Origin: a virus
Strand: one strand, 5' to 3'
Virus record (IMG/VR): IMGVR_UViG_3300029852_000171
Span: 1,103-65,102 of that record
Length of the DNA stretch: 64,000 nt
The notes below the pieces were generated by a model. That model saw nothing but the letters and a program-made list of their open reading frames with translations, was not told the DNA's origin and searched no databases. The position numbers were made by a program, and so were the translations under genes. Of this stretch, positions 47,967 to 57,179 are shown one piece after another. Each line of letters starts with the position of its first letter. Within the stretch, counting starts at the first letter, position 1.

Positions 47967-49523
47967 TTAATTGTGCTGACTGGGCTTAGAAAAGCCATAC
48001 TCAGCAAACGCACCGCCATAAGGCTCCCGCGTCGGTTCTGCTCGCTGGATGGGCAGTTTGGGGGTTTTGGGTTCATAAGAGAACTTTGCGGTCACGCCGC
48101 TTCTGCCACGGATTGCGTAGCATTTTTCCTCCAAAACATCTGCCGTGTAGTCCATGCAGTGCTCACGCAGATTTTCAAATGCCTCGACGCCGACCAAGTC
48201 TTCAAACTGAGCGAAGACTTCATCCCGCTCGCCCTTGGCAATGGCGTTCTCGGTGTCTGTCTTAAACTGGCGCAAAGTGCCAAGCTCGTTCTCCATAGAC
48301 GAAATCGTGTCGGAGGCGGTCTGGTACTTCTCCGCCCACTGGGTATCGTTTGCGGTGTACTTCTCAGCAACCTTTGCAAACATACCACTGATGGGGTCAG
48401 CTTGCCCGCCCTCATCAAACGGGACAAGTGCAAGCTTCATGCGTTTCTTACCGGCAAAATCAATGACCACATGGTCGCCATCCATTGAGTAGGGGAAACC
48501 GTAAAGATTCCAGTCCGTGACATCGGTTGCGTACACTTCGGACGCATCCCGGTCATAGTCCCAGAACCAATAGTGAGAATCCATGCCCCAGCAGGTCTCA
48601 ACCTTTTCTGCCTCCAGAGCGCCAAACAGCTCCTGACGGAACTGGCTTTCCAGGGCAAAGTTTTCAGTACCTTTCTCGGGTTCTGCTGCGGGAGCAGCGG
48701 TGGCGGGTTTCAACTCTTCAAACTTAGCCCGAAGCTCTTCCACGGAAAACTCCTCAATGTTGAAGTCAAGCATATCGGCAGTCAGGCCGAATTCTGCCAT
48801 CAGTGCAACTTTCTGTTCCAATACCTCTTCTCCTCCTTCCGAATAATTTTGTGGGTGTATGCCAACCTCTTGCGAGGGTTGTGCTGTAGTAAACGAATCC
48901 TTGAATTCTCGCATCATCATTGCAAGCTGCTGTTTGAAATCATCACATGAGAACATCTCCAACGATGCTGATTCATAGCATGGCTTTGCCGTACCCAAGA
49001 GACAAAAGGCGGTAAACTCAAATCGGTCAATAACATATACGCCATCGACCATTCCGCCCTCTTTCACGGTAATCTCCATAGACTCATCCGTGATGCCGTC
49101 ATCTTTGATTTTGCGGTATGCTTCCTGCCGCTTCCAGATAAGCGCATCCACGCAGAGGTATTCATGCAGGCCGGAGTCATCTTCAATTTCCTCCCACCAA
49201 TACTTTGCGCTTTCAGGAATCACACCTACCGGCTGCGTGATATTCACAATCCGCATTCCATTATCGTCAGAGACAAGCTCCATATCATGTGACCCGATGG
49301 TATCTGATTCCCTGTCGTAGTTACACACAATAGGGCAGTTATAGATACTCGGCATACATCGTTCAAAGGTTTCCTTGCTGATGAAGCTGTTATTGCGGTT
49401 TTTCCCGGTGTACGCTACACGGAGAACGCCACTGTCAAAAGACGAATTGCGTTCAACAAGATTGCGTATCCCGGAAGAGAACACAATGCTCATGTTTCTC
49501 TCGCCCATATCACAGTTCACCAC
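47967..49523 (-). CDS. Prohead protease/scaffold fusion
   Basis: GKNRNNSFIS...SMEI...FTAFCLLG..PCYE N-terminal domain; acidic coiled-coil C-terminus. Confidence 0.7.
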   Translation of the reverse strand: MVNCDMGERNMSIVFSSGIRNLVERNSSFDSGVLRVAYTGKNRNNSFISKETFERCMPSIYNCPIVCNYDRESDTIGSHDMELVSDDNGMRIVNITQPVGVIPESAKYWWEEIEDDSGLHEYLCVDALIWKRQEAYRKIKDDGITDESMEITVKEGGMVDGVYVIDRFEFTAFCLLGTAKPCYESASLEMFSCDDFKQQLAMMMREFKDSFTTAQPSQEVGIHPQNYSEGGEEVLEQKVALMAEFGLTADMLDFNIEEFSVEELRAKFEELKPATAAPAAEPEKGTENFALESQFRQELFGALEAEKVETCWGMDSHYWFWDYDRDASEVYATDVTDWNLYGFPYSMDGDHVVIDFAGKKRMKLALVPFDEGGQADPISGMFAKVAEKYTANDTQWAEKYQTASDTISSMENELGTLRQFKTDTENAIAKGERDEVFAQFEDLVGVEAFENLREHCMDYTADVLEEKCYAIRGRSGVTAKFSYEPKTPKLPIQRAEPTREPYGGAFAEYGFSKPSQHN

Positions 49524-49562
49524 CTTTGGCTAAAATAAATCCACGCTTTGTGCAAGCGTGGG

Positions 49563-49745
49563 TCAGAATGTCAGCGTGTCTGACAGTACATATCGAATAT
49601 CCTCGTCTTCAAATTTCAGATTGCCTGTATTCAAAAACACAAAGATATGTTTCTCGTTATTTTGCCCCAGTATTTCACACCCTTTGGACAGCAACTGGTC
49701 ACGAGCATTCTCATCAAACACATAAATGAAATTCTCCATATACAC
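49563..49745 (-). CDS. Small hypothetical phage protein
   Basis: GAGGTG RBS; FIYVF...RDQLL..G motif. Confidence 0.6.
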   Translation of the reverse strand: MYMENFIYVFDENARDQLLSKGCEILGQNNEKHIFVFLNTGNLKFEDEDIRYVLSDTLTF

Positions 49746-49753
49746 ACCTCCGA

Positions 49754-51241
49754 TTAGCCCCAGTCGTCAGAGTCTTCTCTGGACTGTTCGCCGGAGTCGG
49801 TCAGGTCACCCGTATCCTTCTGCGGAGCGCCCCCCTCATCGGTTGCTGCAGTGCTTGCAGAAGAACTCTGCGTAGAAGAACTCTGCAGCGGCTTAAACCG
49901 TTCAGCAAGACCGAGCACATCATTTTCAAGGAAACTCATGCAATCAACTTCACTCTGAGACAACCCCTGCGATGCTGCATACATGGAAATAAAAGGAAGA
50001 CCATACTGACACGCTTTGAGATACATATCTCCCAGCTCTTTTCTGTTGAAAGGACTGCAATCAAGGAATGTGATTTTGAAATTCTTTCCGTACCCCTGAT
50101 ACTGAATGAAGCGGTTGACCATATCCTCAATGCTTTTTACAATGCCAAAGGTAACCGCTTGGTCTGCCTTAATAGAAAGCAGCAGCGCATTTGCGGATGC
50201 TTTATCATTGTTGAACAGGAGCGAAGATACACCAGCCGCTGTAAAGAGATTCTGTTCTGCGTCAGAGATGGTATTCGTATCACCAGTATTGGATTTCTCA
50301 AAGCTTATCTTGTTGATAGGCATGGGGGAAAGGACACTGCCGATTTCCTCTGGCAGTACGGAATCCAGATTGCGCCAAAACTCTTTGGCCTTGTCCAAAT
50401 CCATCTGCCATTCGCCGTCATCATTGATACCAAGCGTCATAACCAGCATGGCATAGTTCTCAAGAGTGGTCTTAGTGAGCTTTAGCTGTTTATAATCTTC
50501 GAGGTCATACACCTCCCGCAAAATACCTGCGAACGGAGGAATGGCATAATCCAGAATGTCGTTGTTGCACTTGATAGCGAAGGATGTCGGGGAATCCAGC
50601 TCTTGCCACTTTTTCTGCCTATTCTTCTGATAAACCTTATACTTTGTCTGGAACTCTGTCGGATAGAACTCCAGATACTGTGAGTGACCATCAAAATAAG
50701 AAAAATCGAATGTCACATTCAGCACATTCCCCTCAATGGTCGAGATAGCGCAGTAATCAGCCGGAAGCTGCTGGATGGTGATACTGTCGCTTGTGACCCA
50801 CAGCGTCCCATAAAAAGTGTCCTCGCGCAAACACACTGTCAGTATTTTAGGGAACTGCGACCGCACATTCATTGCAGACATGGTATTCAAGACCTTTCTG
50901 TAATTGCGGTTGACCGATTTCATATTAACGGCCTTCGGGTCAATATGGTATGGAGATACGACATACGCAAAATCGGAAAGGCCAGTGAAATACTGGATGA
51001 GCCTGCGGAAATGAGAACTTGCCCCGTAGATATAAGTAACTGCCTTGCGCAGCTGCTTCTCATATCGGTACGGGTCGGTCAGATATGTAGCAATGTCGTC
51101 TTTCTTATATAGAGAAAATGTAGGCGCATTGGTGTTGTTGTTCAAATCCCTTGTAATCAAGTGATTGAGTAGGGCGAACTTTCTGGAGATACCAATCATG
51201 CCCTCCATATTGGTAGACTTGCCGTTTTCAGAACTACTCAC
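49754..51241 (-). CDS. Portal protein
   Basis: 495 aa, immediately after the terminase; AAGVSSLLFN motif. Confidence 0.75.
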   Translation of the reverse strand: MSSSENGKSTNMEGMIGISRKFALLNHLITRDLNNNTNAPTFSLYKKDDIATYLTDPYRYEKQLRKAVTYIYGASSHFRRLIQYFTGLSDFAYVVSPYHIDPKAVNMKSVNRNYRKVLNTMSAMNVRSQFPKILTVCLREDTFYGTLWVTSDSITIQQLPADYCAISTIEGNVLNVTFDFSYFDGHSQYLEFYPTEFQTKYKVYQKNRQKKWQELDSPTSFAIKCNNDILDYAIPPFAGILREVYDLEDYKQLKLTKTTLENYAMLVMTLGINDDGEWQMDLDKAKEFWRNLDSVLPEEIGSVLSPMPINKISFEKSNTGDTNTISDAEQNLFTAAGVSSLLFNNDKASANALLLSIKADQAVTFGIVKSIEDMVNRFIQYQGYGKNFKITFLDCSPFNRKELGDMYLKACQYGLPFISMYAASQGLSQSEVDCMSFLENDVLGLAERFKPLQSSSTQSSSASTAATDEGGAPQKDTGDLTDSGEQSREDSDDWG

Positions 51242-51259
51242 TCAGGTATCACCACCTTT

Positions 51260-52981
51260 CTATTTTATTTTGGGCGGCTTAAACATGAAGATATCGCTGG
51301 AGTTAAACTCTGCCGCCTTTGTGCGGATAAGCTTACTCTCAAGCTGCGCCGCCACATAGTAGTTATAGCTAAGGCTGGAATAGCGGTCTTTCCGCATACC
51401 CGCCCGTTCAAAAATCTTTACCCGCCCACCAGACTCGTCATGCTGTAGTTTGACAAGCTCGTCAACCAACAAGGTCGTGTGGATGTACGGCATTTGTAGT
51501 CTGACCTTCTCAGCCGGTGAAAGGCTGGCATATCCCCTGATTTCAGACAGGATATTTTCCGCCTCATACTCTGTAACGAGAAGGCGTATCTTACCGCTTC
51601 GGAAGCCCTCACGCAGCAGGACAGCGCATTCGGAGTTCAGCGCAGGATTACCCTTGATTGCCCAAATTACTTTATCTGCTCCCTTTACTGTGCATCTGTC
51701 CGCCATCTCCTGATTATTACAACAGGACAGCGCAGGATAAATTTCGCCGCTTTCCGGGTCAACCATATCACGAACCAAAGCATCATACACGCCCAGGCCA
51801 AGTCCTGTGCAGTCCAGCACAATATAGTCGCAATCGAACTCGTCGTAAAGCTTGCGGATAACCAGAGCCTGGTCTTCTGTATGAAGTCCCTCTGAGGAGT
51901 CACCATAAATGATATTGCTTGTGTACCTTCCGGATTTGGTTGGAAGCATCTGGTTGATGAACACAGCCGTCGCATCGTTGTTATGCTTTTTGCTGGACAT
52001 CAACGCAATATCCGCAGATAAGATTCGTTTTTCACCAAGCTGCTTGGGTTGAATTTTGATTTTGTTGTTGCCAAGAAGAACTGAGACCCTCTCGGGTAAC
52101 ATGGGATATTTAATACGCCTGTTCTTCGAGATAGAGTTGAACTCAAAGAACGAACCGTCAGTGTCGCCAAACCAAAGGGCGTCCATCTCCATGCTCCACT
52201 TCACTTCACTGAAGTCAGACTCTGCCATCTGGTCTGCCACATCCTCTTTGAACAGTAGCCCCTCTTGAATTGCCAGCTGATACGGGAATCCACACACAAA
52301 GTCCTTTCGCTTATCGTCCAGCATAAATCGGCAATTATCCTCAGCTTTGGTATAAGACCAATGGTCTTTGAAGTAAGCGGAAGAAAGATACAGCGTTTTA
52401 TTGCGCTCTGCCAAATGCTTGTAGGCGGGATTGTTCAGGTATCCGGGAAGTCTCGGATTCGTCAGGAACTTTCGGAGAATCGTATCAATAATATCCTTGG
52501 AGACCATGCGATACTCATCAATCAGCAGAATATTGGCACGATTACCTCGTGCATTATCGCTGGCAGTAACGACCTTAATAAATGAACCGTTCTTAAAAAC
52601 AATCTGTGCATTGGTCGCATTTATCTTGGTCTGCTTATCGTCAATCTCATTACACAGCTCCGGTGAACATGGCCGCAATTCTGTTTGTATCTTTTCAAGC
52701 ACATTGATACTCTGACCCCGTGTACCGGAGGCGATACATATCTTTGTACCTGGGTATAAAATACAGCGGATGCAGCAGAAGATTGCCGACAAAAATGTTT
52801 TGCCAAGACCTCGACTCGCAATAAAAACAAATGTCGTAGAGACATTCATCATTACCAGCAGAATTTTTTGGAAAAGATGTAAGTCAAGGTGCAGGTAGTC
52901 CTTTGCAAACCGATGGGGGTTCGCTCGGTAGTAGGCGCACCATACGGCGGCGCCACTCATAATGCGCTCTTGTCGCGTCAC
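51260..52981 (-). CDS. Terminase large subunit
   Basis: ASRGLGKT Walker A, ARGNRANILLIDE Walker B, SADIA and RKDRYSS nuclease motifs. Confidence 0.9.
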   Translation of the reverse strand: MTRQERIMSGAAVWCAYYRANPHRFAKDYLHLDLHLFQKILLVMMNVSTTFVFIASRGLGKTFLSAIFCCIRCILYPGTKICIASGTRGQSINVLEKIQTELRPCSPELCNEIDDKQTKINATNAQIVFKNGSFIKVVTASDNARGNRANILLIDEYRMVSKDIIDTILRKFLTNPRLPGYLNNPAYKHLAERNKTLYLSSAYFKDHWSYTKAEDNCRFMLDDKRKDFVCGFPYQLAIQEGLLFKEDVADQMAESDFSEVKWSMEMDALWFGDTDGSFFEFNSISKNRRIKYPMLPERVSVLLGNNKIKIQPKQLGEKRILSADIALMSSKKHNNDATAVFINQMLPTKSGRYTSNIIYGDSSEGLHTEDQALVIRKLYDEFDCDYIVLDCTGLGLGVYDALVRDMVDPESGEIYPALSCCNNQEMADRCTVKGADKVIWAIKGNPALNSECAVLLREGFRSGKIRLLVTEYEAENILSEIRGYASLSPAEKVRLQMPYIHTTLLVDELVKLQHDESGGRVKIFERAGMRKDRYSSLSYNYYVAAQLESKLIRTKAAEFNSSDIFMFKPPKIK

Positions 52982-54015
52982 TCAGTCACGCCTGCCTTGT
53001 CCGAACTGAAAATGTCGTTAAACATTGTTTCGTCATCTTCGTCCTCATATTCAGGTCGTTCAATGCGCATCTTGGCAATTTCATCTTCATACAGCTTGCA
53101 GTATGTATTCTTGATGCCAAGCATTTTGCAAAGGTGACCCAGGAACCAAACCGTGATGTAGCGGACAATTCCGTCCACATCCTTCAGCTCCGGGTCTGGT
53201 TCTGGAATGGGCTTTGTGTTTTCCCACTTCCGAATCCACACGCCGAACGGCGTCCCATCGACCGCCGCATCTGCGCCTTCTTTTTTCTGCGCGGGCTTCA
53301 AGTTCATACTGCCAAGCAGCGTATTGAGTGCGTTGACATTCTTGTCAATCGCTTTACCCTGCGCACTGTCACGACTGATTGTCGCTTCCAAAATGCAAAT
53401 CTGTTTATATAAAGACCGTTCGCTCGGTTCCACAACAGGAACGCCGTTTGTCCAGTCCTGGTAGCGCCGCTCAAGCTCTACATAAAAATCAGATGTAAAT
53501 CCCGCACCCCAGAAATCGACAATCTTCTGGTCAACTGGTGTCTCTTCGATTTCATCCAATGCTTGGGGGTGCTCTTGGTAGATGGCGCCGGAGCGCTGAC
53601 AATCCAATGCATTGCCCTCGGCGATAGTATCGTCGAAAGTCTTGTCAATATATCGAATCAGATTGGTCTTCCCAATATAATTACGAATACGAGAATTAAC
53701 GCCTACGGTGCGCTCCACCATATTGTAAATGTCTTCATTCCAATATAGGTCAAGCTTCATACACATCCGGCGCATAGCCTCTTTGTCATCACCAAGAGAA
53801 TCTCTATACTGTTCGTACATATCCTCTACACAGTCGTTGCAGACAGGCAGATAGCCGGAGCCACGATACATCAGGCTGTGGCTAACAGGGAAATACCCTT
53901 TCTTGCGGCTATACGATGTGCCGCATCTGCAGCAGTAAAACTTCTGAGAAGTTTGGAGTAGCATTGAGTCATCTGTCGTCTTTTCAAGCTTTCTGCGTCT
54001 CGGGGCGTCTGCCAT
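52978..54015 (-). CDS. Zn-binding protein, possible terminase small subunit
   Basis: CCRCG...PVCNDC; coupled to the terminase large subunit. Confidence 0.5.
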   Translation of the reverse strand: MADAPRRRKLEKTTDDSMLLQTSQKFYCCRCGTSYSRKKGYFPVSHSLMYRGSGYLPVCNDCVEDMYEQYRDSLGDDKEAMRRMCMKLDLYWNEDIYNMVERTVGVNSRIRNYIGKTNLIRYIDKTFDDTIAEGNALDCQRSGAIYQEHPQALDEIEETPVDQKIVDFWGAGFTSDFYVELERRYQDWTNGVPVVEPSERSLYKQICILEATISRDSAQGKAIDKNVNALNTLLGSMNLKPAQKKEGADAAVDGTPFGVWIRKWENTKPIPEPDPELKDVDGIVRYITVWFLGHLCKMLGIKNTYCKLYEDEIAKMRIERPEYEDEDDETMFNDIFSSDKAGVTE

Positions 54016-54327
54016 TTACATCAGCCCCCTTTTATGATTTCCCTCCCACAGCTTAACGGCCATACGCATTTTGTTGCCAGGGTAAAAGCGGGGAATCCAG
54101 TGCGCAGGGACATCGACCTTCTCCCCGGTCTGTGGGTTCGGACAGCTTCGCGCCTTGCGTTCCAAAATATCGAAACAACCGAAGTTGTGAATTGAAATTG
54201 TATTGCCCTCTTCGAGATTTTCCAAAATAAGATTGGTAAAATCATCAACAATGCTTGTGGCGGCCTTCTTCGTGTAGCCATGCCTGTCCACAAGCTGCTG
54301 GATTAAATCGACCCTTTTAATATCCAT
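54016..54327 (-). CDS. HU/IHF-family DNA-binding protein
   Basis: ISIHNFGCF...RKARSCPNPQTGE...PRFYPG. Confidence 0.9.
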   Translation of the reverse strand: MDIKRVDLIQQLVDRHGYTKKAATSIVDDFTNLILENLEEGNTISIHNFGCFDILERKARSCPNPQTGEKVDVPAHWIPRFYPGNKMRMAVKLWEGNHKRGLM

Positions 54328-54344
54328 CCTTGCCTTCCTTTCCG

Positions 54345-55376
54345 TTACAGGTCTGACAGTGACTTCTGTGCGTCAGACCGAATATCACCATTCTCGTCAA
54401 AGTACTGCGAAATCTGTTCCTCTGCGCTCAGGTCTTTATAAACGCGAACCATGTCAGCAGATTCCCACCCGATGATGTCTTGAATGATATTGTCTGGCAA
54501 ACCGAGCTTGGAAAGGTGCGTTGTAAAGTAATGCCGCAGACTGTGCCAGTAAAAATCTTCACCTGTCATCCTGCTAAAGGTGTTCGCCCAGCTGTTGAGC
54601 GTTGTCTCACTCATTTGTTCACTTGTCGTTCCAGCAGGAAACAGCCACTCACTTTCAATACCAAGTTCCGTCCGTTCACGCATCCATGCATCAAAATATG
54701 GTTTGAACTTTTTTGCCAGCGTGTAGCAGTAAATGTATTTGCCCAGGCCGAACCCTTTTGTCTGAATCGGCTCACTGGTCTTGTACAACGCCCCGCCGCA
54801 TACAAGGTTGTCGTCTTTGAAATCGTCAACCCGGAATCGGCAAAGCTCTGCCTTACGCCGTCCACTGCACATAGCGAGAGCCACGGCACAGGCTTTTTTG
54901 TTTTGCCCGGAAGCAAGCAGGTCATCAAGTAGCTTATCCAGCGCCTCATCGCTCCACACCGTTTTCTTTCGCACCTGTTGCATAGCAGGGTTCTCTATCT
55001 TTCTTACGGTAGAACGGAACCCCTTAAACTCATCTTCATCATCCAAGATGTTCTCCACATAATTGGAGAGCGAGGAAATCGCAGACTTCAATCGCCGCAC
55101 ACGAGCGGGAGAATTACCGTTCTCATTGATGAGCCAATGCTGATATGCTGCGTAATCACGCTTGGAGATTTTCGGGAAAAACTTGTTCCCGTTGTTCTGT
55201 AAATTCCAAACCCAGAAAATATCAAGGTCATTTGCATAGCCCGCAATCGTCTTCGGACTGCGCTGCACAGACTGCAGATAGGCAATAAAATCCTGTTTTA
55301 GCCGGATGTTTTCCGAGTTGACCTGACTTAAAAGCTCAGGGCTTGTGATTTCGTTTTGCTTTGTTTTTCTGGGCAT
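54345..55376 (-). CDS. Tyrosine recombinase (internal)
   Basis: SAM-like N-terminal domain (SPKTIAGY); catalytic R (GRRKAEL), K, HSLR, GW, Y (VRVY). Confidence 0.88.
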   Translation of the reverse strand: MPRKTKQNEITSPELLSQVNSENIRLKQDFIAYLQSVQRSPKTIAGYANDLDIFWVWNLQNNGNKFFPKISKRDYAAYQHWLINENGNSPARVRRLKSAISSLSNYVENILDDEDEFKGFRSTVRKIENPAMQQVRKKTVWSDEALDKLLDDLLASGQNKKACAVALAMCSGRRKAELCRFRVDDFKDDNLVCGGALYKTSEPIQTKGFGLGKYIYCYTLAKKFKPYFDAWMRERTELGIESEWLFPAGTTSEQMSETTLNSWANTFSRMTGEDFYWHSLRHYFTTHLSKLGLPDNIIQDIIGWESADMVRVYKDLSAEEQISQYFDENGDIRSDAQKSLSDL

Positions 55377-55409
55377 ACAAGCCACCTCACTTTCTATAGA
55401 ATTAAAAAC

Positions 55410-55485
55410 TGGTTGCGGGCACCGGAGTTGAACCGATTCCTCAAGGTTTATGAGACCTGCGACTTAACCGCTTGTCCTGCCCGCA
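55410..55485 (-). tRNA. tRNA-Met/Ile2 (CAT)
   Basis: Cloverleaf TGCGGGC...GCCCGCA-ACCA, anticodon loop CTCATAA, T-loop GGTTCAACTCC. Confidence 0.88.
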
Positions 55486-55488
55486 ATA

Positions 55489-55574
55489 TGGTGGGAGAGG
55501 TTGGATTTGAACCAACGCAGCCCGAAGGCGGCAGATTTACAGTCTGCTGTAATTGACCGCTCTACCACTCTCCC
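55489..55574 (-). tRNA. tRNA-Tyr (GTA)
   Basis: GCAGA-CTGTAAA-TCTGC anticodon arm, long variable arm, encoded CCA. Confidence 0.92.
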
Positions 55575-55580
55575 AAAGTA

Positions 55581-55656
55581 TGGTGAGGTCGGAGGGAATC
55601 GAACCCATCGTTACCGCCGTGAAAGGGCGGTGTCTTAGCCGCTTGACCACGACCCC
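55581..55656 (-). tRNA. tRNA-Glu (TTC)
   Basis: CCGCC-CTTTCAC-GGCGG anticodon arm, GGTTCGATTCC, encoded CCA. Confidence 0.92.
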
Positions 55657-55670
55657 ATGTAAAAACTTAT

Positions 55671-55926
55671 ATTCTGCGTCAAAGCAAATGCGGCAGGGTG
55701 GAGAGGTTAGACGCAGAAGCCGAAAGCGACGCCACGACTGAAGCTGGCGTTGTTACGGTCGGCGGTGCCGCTGCTGGTGACATAACAGAAATTATTGCTG
55801 TAGCCAGAATTAGGAGAACGCTCCCACCAGATGTTAGCGGAGCCACCTTTGTTCTTCACCTTCGAGTTGCCTGCCTTGTAATATGCGTACTGCGTTCCTT
55901 CTCCAGAAACGGAGTAGGTGGTGGAA
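55671..55926 (-). repeat. Orphan copy of the DGR target 3' end containing VR2 (55713-55847) and IMH
   Basis: 256-bp direct repeat of 18644-18899. 14 differences from TR upstream of the IMH, all at adenines. In-frame TAA at 55938-55940 and no in-frame ATG. Confidence 0.93.
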
Positions 55927-55929
55927 ACA

Positions 55930-55970
55930 AACCAAAATTAGAAGAGGGCTGCCCATTGCGGACAGCCCTC
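55930..55970 (-). terminator. Intrinsic terminator between phosphoesterase gene and VR2 cassette
   Basis: GAGGGCTG...CAGCCCTC stem (55944-55970) followed on the minus strand by TTCTAATTTTGGTTT. Confidence 0.65.
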
Positions 55971-55979
55971 GCGGGTTGT

Positions 55980-57146
55980 TTATTGAAGTGGGACGCCGTA
56001 AGAACAGCGAACTCCCTCTGCATCGCAGATACATACCATCTGCTCAGCTTTCCCATAAATTCGTTTCTGTACGCAGTAATCATCCATTCCGAGAAAGCTT
56101 CCAGCCATGATGGTCTTGACGCCTTGCACTTCATCAATCTTGTTATGGTGCAAGTGCCCGGACAGCACAGCGTACAACGGAGTTCTTGCCATTGTCTGCA
56201 ATGCCTGCACTTTGCTGGTGGAACCATCAAAATCTCCGTGGACGCCACAGTATGTCTTGCCACGGATATTGATAAGATACATGGTGCTGTCGATTTTGAC
56301 GGAGCTTCCTTCCACTGCACCAATCGTTACATTCTCAAAGTTCTGCAATCGTGCGCCGAGATACCACTCGACCAAGTCGTCTAAACGCTCGCTGAGCAAA
56401 GCGTCATCCTTGTTTGGCGTAATGCGGCTGTGATTGCCCGCCACACTGACAAACACCACAGACTTGAAATGCTTGCTCAGTTCGGCAATGAACTCTGCAA
56501 TCAATTCTGAAACACCCTTGATTTGCTCAATCACATTCTCTTTGTTGGTGACAGCAATAGACTGGTGAATATTGCCGCTGATTGCGTCACCGTTTGACCA
56601 GACAATGCAATTCTCACTGCCATGAGTCTCGCCGATAGCAACGACCCTGTCCAGATATCGGCACATCATCTCTCTGCACACATTTGAGTTGTATGTATTC
56701 CAATGGTTGTCCACATCCGCACCGTAATGGATGTCGTTGAGACTGACCAACAGGTCATTGTCGGACGACTCGATGTGGCACGGCTCATAGGCAAGGCGAG
56801 GTAAGTTTCCGTTCCTGACTGCCTCCACAAGAATCTCGTTAAGTTCCTCCTGTCGGGAACGCTCACGAATTAGTTTGTTGAATGCATTTCTCTGGTCAAA
56901 GAACTTCTGTCGTTCCTTGAGCAGCTCAATGCGTCTGGTCTCCAGTGCAGACAGCTGCTCTTCATCGCATACGGCGTCCTCACCGTCACGCTCAATAGCT
57001 TCGATGATGGTACGCATCCCGTACATCCTCTTCCGGACTTCACTGGAGTTGAAGCAGTTGCCCTCACCAAACAGACGCTCGCTCAAATCCTCGTACTCAT
57101 CGTCTATGGTGTGGTCAACCAGCTTTCCCATAACGATGTTGCGCAT
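55980..57146 (-). CDS. Calcineurin-like metallophosphoesterase with N-terminal coiled coil
   Basis: DIHYG, NGD, GNH, HGD and GHLH motifs. Confidence 0.85.
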   Translation of the reverse strand: MRNIVMGKLVDHTIDDEYEDLSERLFGEGNCFNSSEVRKRMYGMRTIIEAIERDGEDAVCDEEQLSALETRRIELLKERQKFFDQRNAFNKLIRERSRQEELNEILVEAVRNGNLPRLAYEPCHIESSDNDLLVSLNDIHYGADVDNHWNTYNSNVCREMMCRYLDRVVAIGETHGSENCIVWSNGDAISGNIHQSIAVTNKENVIEQIKGVSELIAEFIAELSKHFKSVVFVSVAGNHSRITPNKDDALLSERLDDLVEWYLGARLQNFENVTIGAVEGSSVKIDSTMYLINIRGKTYCGVHGDFDGSTSKVQALQTMARTPLYAVLSGHLHHNKIDEVQGVKTIMAGSFLGMDDYCVQKRIYGKAEQMVCICDAEGVRCSYGVPLQ

Positions 57147-57179
57147 TTCTTTATAGCTTGCTGTATTGGTGCCTATGGC

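Noticed and set aside
55410..55656. tRNA cluster plus recombinase as the prophage integration site
   Set aside because: Phage genes continue co-oriented on both sides, and no duplicated tRNA 3' end was noticed in the window.
55707..55859. VR2 as a 50-aa peptide from the GTG of VKNKGG
   Set aside because: The GTG is an internal Val codon copied from the target gene, has no convincing RBS, and would give a truncated fold. Not excluded without Ribo-seq.
55707..55982. VR2 as a read-through extension of the phosphoesterase (same frame)
   Set aside because: Two in-frame TAA stops (55980 and 55938) and a terminator hairpin intervene; the shared frame has a 1-in-3 chance.
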